The notes below the pieces were generated by a model. That model was not told where the DNA came from. It did no database searches and saw only the letters and a program-made list of their open reading frames with translations. Shown piece by piece: positions 61,414-64,000 of a stretch of DNA of 64,000 nucleotides. This stretch comes from Bilabrum cf. latius (lineage: Eukaryota): assembly GCA_965178125.1 (NCBI GenBank), contig OZ237739.1, positions 1,240,001-1,304,000 of the forward strand. Reading direction: 5' to 3'. How positions within the stretch are numbered: position 1 is the stretch's first letter; each line of letters starts with the position of its first letter. The position numbers and the translations under genes were made by a program.

Positions 61414-62542
61414 ATGCGCAGCCTGTTGTTGTTTGTGGCCATGACCTTCATGTCGGCGTCGGTAAGTCTTGTCATTCCTACGCTTGTCGGTGCGCCAGCG
61501 GAAGATCACACCTGTGGTTGTGTCAACTGCTTCGTTGCATTTTGAATACTTTCTTGCTTCGCAGGCTGTGTTTGGCCGGGAGGATACTGTCACAACTATG
61601 CAGGTGAGGTCTGCTGCAAGCATCAACAAGTGGCCTGCTTGGACAGCAGTCCGTCCAATGAGGCGCTGCCTTTGACATGTCTGGCATGGTTTGAATTTGT
61701 CATGGAATAACGTTTGAACGATTACCTCGGCTTCTTCATCGCAGGAAGGACAGGCGTGCCACCCGACTTGCACATGGAAGTGCACCAGCCCAGTCTGCAA
61801 TCAGGTCTGCACGCCGGTGTGCGAGCAGCCCAAGTGCGCCACACAATGGTGAGTATTCGTCGTTAGCACCCGTTCTGGTGGTCGACACTGCTACTGACAC
61901 CGAAATGGATCCGGTCTCGGACAGATTCACATCGCAGCGAGGACTTGCCGTGCAGCAAGTGCGAGGTTAAGTGCGCCAAGCCCGATTGCGAGGTGCGGTG
62001 CCCATTGGAGCAGTGCGAGAAGGGAGGCTGCCCTGAGTGCGAGACAGTATGGTGAGTTTATAGCAAGGTTGGTCGCAGGCATTGGTGCCGTCGGGCCTCC
62101 CGTGCATGTCCATGTGACCGGCGAGTTTCCAATCCCTTCGTGTTGTTCCATGGCCATCAGCAGCGCGCTTGCAAGACACCGTGCCGTACAGCACCATTTC
62201 CTGTTGTCGTTGCTGTTGATTTTGTTTTGTACGTACCGCAGCAAGCCGGCGGTGTGCCACACGGAGTGCACTGCGCCCGCCGCCAAGTGCGAGTCTACCT
62301 GCGAGAAGCCAGAGTGCCAATGGCAGTGCCACAAGCCAGCGGATTGCCCCAGGCCCAAGTGTGCCCTCGAGTGCGATGACACGCCTTGCCAGCACGTGCC
62401 GGCCCCTCCAGCAGAGCCCTCCCCGGAGCCGGAGCCGACGAAGGAGGTGCACATGACGGTGCACACCTCGACCACTACCCATTCTCACACCTCGGTCCCC
62501 GGTGCTGAGGCCGCTCCGGCAGCAGAGGCCAGCAGCGCTTGA
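61414..62542 (+). CDS. Secreted cysteine-rich protein (CxxxC repeats), 5 exons
   Basis: Exons 61414-61461, 61565-61603, 61745-61848, 61938-62051 and 62242-62542 have canonical GT..CAG ends and splice in frame to MRSLLLFVAMTFMSASAVFG...CHPTCTWKCTSPVCNQVCTPVCEQPKC...CPRPKCALECDDTPC. Confidence 0.85.
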
Positions 62543-62677
62543 ATAAAATTACGCACTTTCAGGTTGTCATCTCAAAGTTTAATCTGTATTTGTGGGCATA
62601 TCCGGGACAATTCCGTGTGGAGCTCCGTTCTTGACGTACAGCCTGTTCCTGCAGCTCACAACTAATCCAAGCAATAT

Positions 62678-63997
62678 ATGGCGGAAAGCTCGCCAATTCA
62701 CGTGGTTCTCCTTGGTGACTCTACCCTTGATAATGTTGTGTGGGTGGGGGATCCAGGTGAAGCGGTTCCCAGCGTGTTGCAGTCGGAGCTCGCATCTGGC
62801 GCAGGCGGCGATGGAACCGCAACGGATGTCCGTGTCACAAACTATGCGGCGGATGGCTTCACTGCAGGAGATGTATTGAGAGGCAATGGAGCAACGATAA
62901 GCTGGAAGCGGCGCAAGGACACGGGGGATCCATTCCCGACATCGTCACCGTTTGAGACATTTCAGCCCCTCGTTTTCCTCGATTCTCTATTTCCTGCCAA
63001 ACCAGACGATAAAGAGGGCGGTTCTCCGACCCATGTTTTGTTGAGCGTCGGTGGGAATGATGTTAGGCACGTGCTCGGCGACATGCTCTCGCTGCCGGAC
63101 GCACTGAGGAGCCTTGTGGCCTCGTACTCGGGCGTTCTTGAGCAACTGCTCGCCATGAGGGAAAAGCACGGCGTACAAGTGGCCATCATGACCCAGTACC
63201 AGCCATGCTTTGCTACAGACTCAGAGTACTACGGCGTGTATTCCAGCCTGGCAAGCGCCGCAGGAGCGCTCGGTGTGGGGGGCGGTGCCAGCCTGAGTGG
63301 TGCCGGCGGGACCTCGCGCAGCGCGGTAATCGCCACTGGATCTGCCGTCCTACTGGCGGTAATGCGGCAGGTGTACGCCCCCATCATGGCCCTCGCATCC
63401 AAGCACCGCATCCCCGTGATCGACCTGGCCTCCTCCCTCGACCCCAGGGAGGCCTCGCTCTACTCGCACCAGATCGAGCCAAGTGCCGCGGGGGGCAAGC
63501 TGATCGCACAGCTTGCGGCGCACGTGATAGCTCGTCATGACTTCAAAGGGGCGGCAAAGGTGTACCGGGTTGAGCCTCCCTCGACTGCGAGGGCAGCTGG
63601 TGCTGGTGCTGGTGCTGGTGCTGGTGCTGGTGCTGGTGCTGGTGCTGGTGCTGGTGCTGGTGCTGGTGCTGGTGCTGGTGCTGGTGCTGGTGCTGGTGCT
63701 GGTGCTGGTGCTGGTGCTGGTGCTGGTGCTGGTGCTGGTGCTGGTGCTGGTGCTGGTGCTGGTGCTGGTGCTGGTGCTGGTGCTGGTGCTGGTGCTGGTG
63801 CTGGTGCTGGTGCTGGTGCTGGTGCTGGTGCTGGTGCTGGCACCAAGGCGGAAGCGTCAGGAGGTGGTGCCGCACCCGCTGCCAGCGGTGGAGAGAAGTG
63901 CGGCGAGACCGAGAGAGACGCCGAGAGAGAGGGCATCTCTGTTGTGGCCAGCGATTTGGGCGACGGTGCTGCATGGGCTCCGAAGGCTTTCACCTGA
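62678..63997 (+). CDS. SGNH/GDSL-like hydrolase-fold protein with poly(Ala-Gly) tract
   Basis: VVLLGDSTLDN (block I), NYAADG (block II), LSVGGND (block III), HQIEPSAAGG at the block V position. Ends at TGA. Confidence 0.82.
   Translation: MAESSPIHVVLLGDSTLDNVVWVGDPGEAVPSVLQSELASGAGGDGTATDVRVTNYAADGFTAGDVLRGNGATISWKRRKDTGDPFPTSSPFETFQPLVFLDSLFPAKPDDKEGGSPTHVLLSVGGNDVRHVLGDMLSLPDALRSLVASYSGVLEQLLAMREKHGVQVAIMTQYQPCFATDSEYYGVYSSLASAAGALGVGGGASLSGAGGTSRSAVIATGSAVLLAVMRQVYAPIMALASKHRIPVIDLASSLDPREASLYSHQIEPSAAGGKLIAQLAAHVIARHDFKGAAKVYRVEPPSTARAAGAGAGAGAGAGAGAGAGAGAGAGAGAGAGAGAGAGAGAGAGAGAGAGAGAGAGAGAGAGAGAGAGAGAGAGAGAGAGAGAGTKAEASGGGAAPAASGGEKCGETERDAEREGISVVASDLGDGAAWAPKAFT
63596..63840 (+). repeat. 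Perfect (GCTGGT)n hexanucleotide microsatellite, about 41 copies, encoding poly(AG)
   Basis: Directly visible and in frame within the SGNH ORF. Confidence 0.97.
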
Positions 63998-64000
63998 GCT

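Noticed and set aside
1-64000. Widespread pseudogenisation or C-to-T hypermutation as the cause of in-frame TAGs
   Set aside because: Decay would also yield TAA, TGA and frameshifts. These are absent from the TAG-bearing genes and catalytic motifs are intact.
1-64000. Pyrrolysine, or UAG=Leu/Tyr/Glu
   Set aside because: TAG is too frequent and widespread for Pyl, it occupies conserved Gln positions, and it swaps with CAG/CAA in repeats.
1-64000. TAGs as 3' splice sites of tiny in-frame introns
   Set aside because: At diagnostic sites (D*AGFR, GTP*GE, FQG*E) conserved residues run right up to the TAG with no room for an intron. Only the TAG at 1723-1725 fits an acceptor.

Overview
Compact, GC-rich eukaryotic (protist-like) nuclear DNA with about 20 closely packed genes, a few short GT-AG introns and one non-LTR retrotransposon. 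The Gly/Ala-rich protein style resembles bicosoecid stramenopiles such as Cafeteria, but that is an impression only. The main result is a non-standard genetic code. TAG is a sense codon, almost certainly Gln, while TGA and TAA remain stops. The fragmented ORFs in the supplied track join in frame across TAG only (more than 80 in-frame TAGs by hand count) into intact genes: ABTB1-like, COG0523 GTPase, GT15 mannosyltransferase, OGG1, TOP3B, IGHMBP2-like helicase, glutamate-cysteine ligase and others. TAG falls on near-invariant Gln positions (RT motifs QxGFR and GxPQG) and replaces CAG in one copy of a coding tandem repeat. Other highlights: (1) an apparently intact single-ORF APE-RT LINE that uses this code, with an 8-bp candidate TSD, possibly interrupting an exon; (2) a ~1747-aa multi-pass membrane TIR-domain protein carrying a 45-bp minisatellite; (3) a decayed duplicate of the TOP3B 5' end bracketing a bulb-lectin-containing segment. 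All translations and counts were done by hand and no database searches were run.
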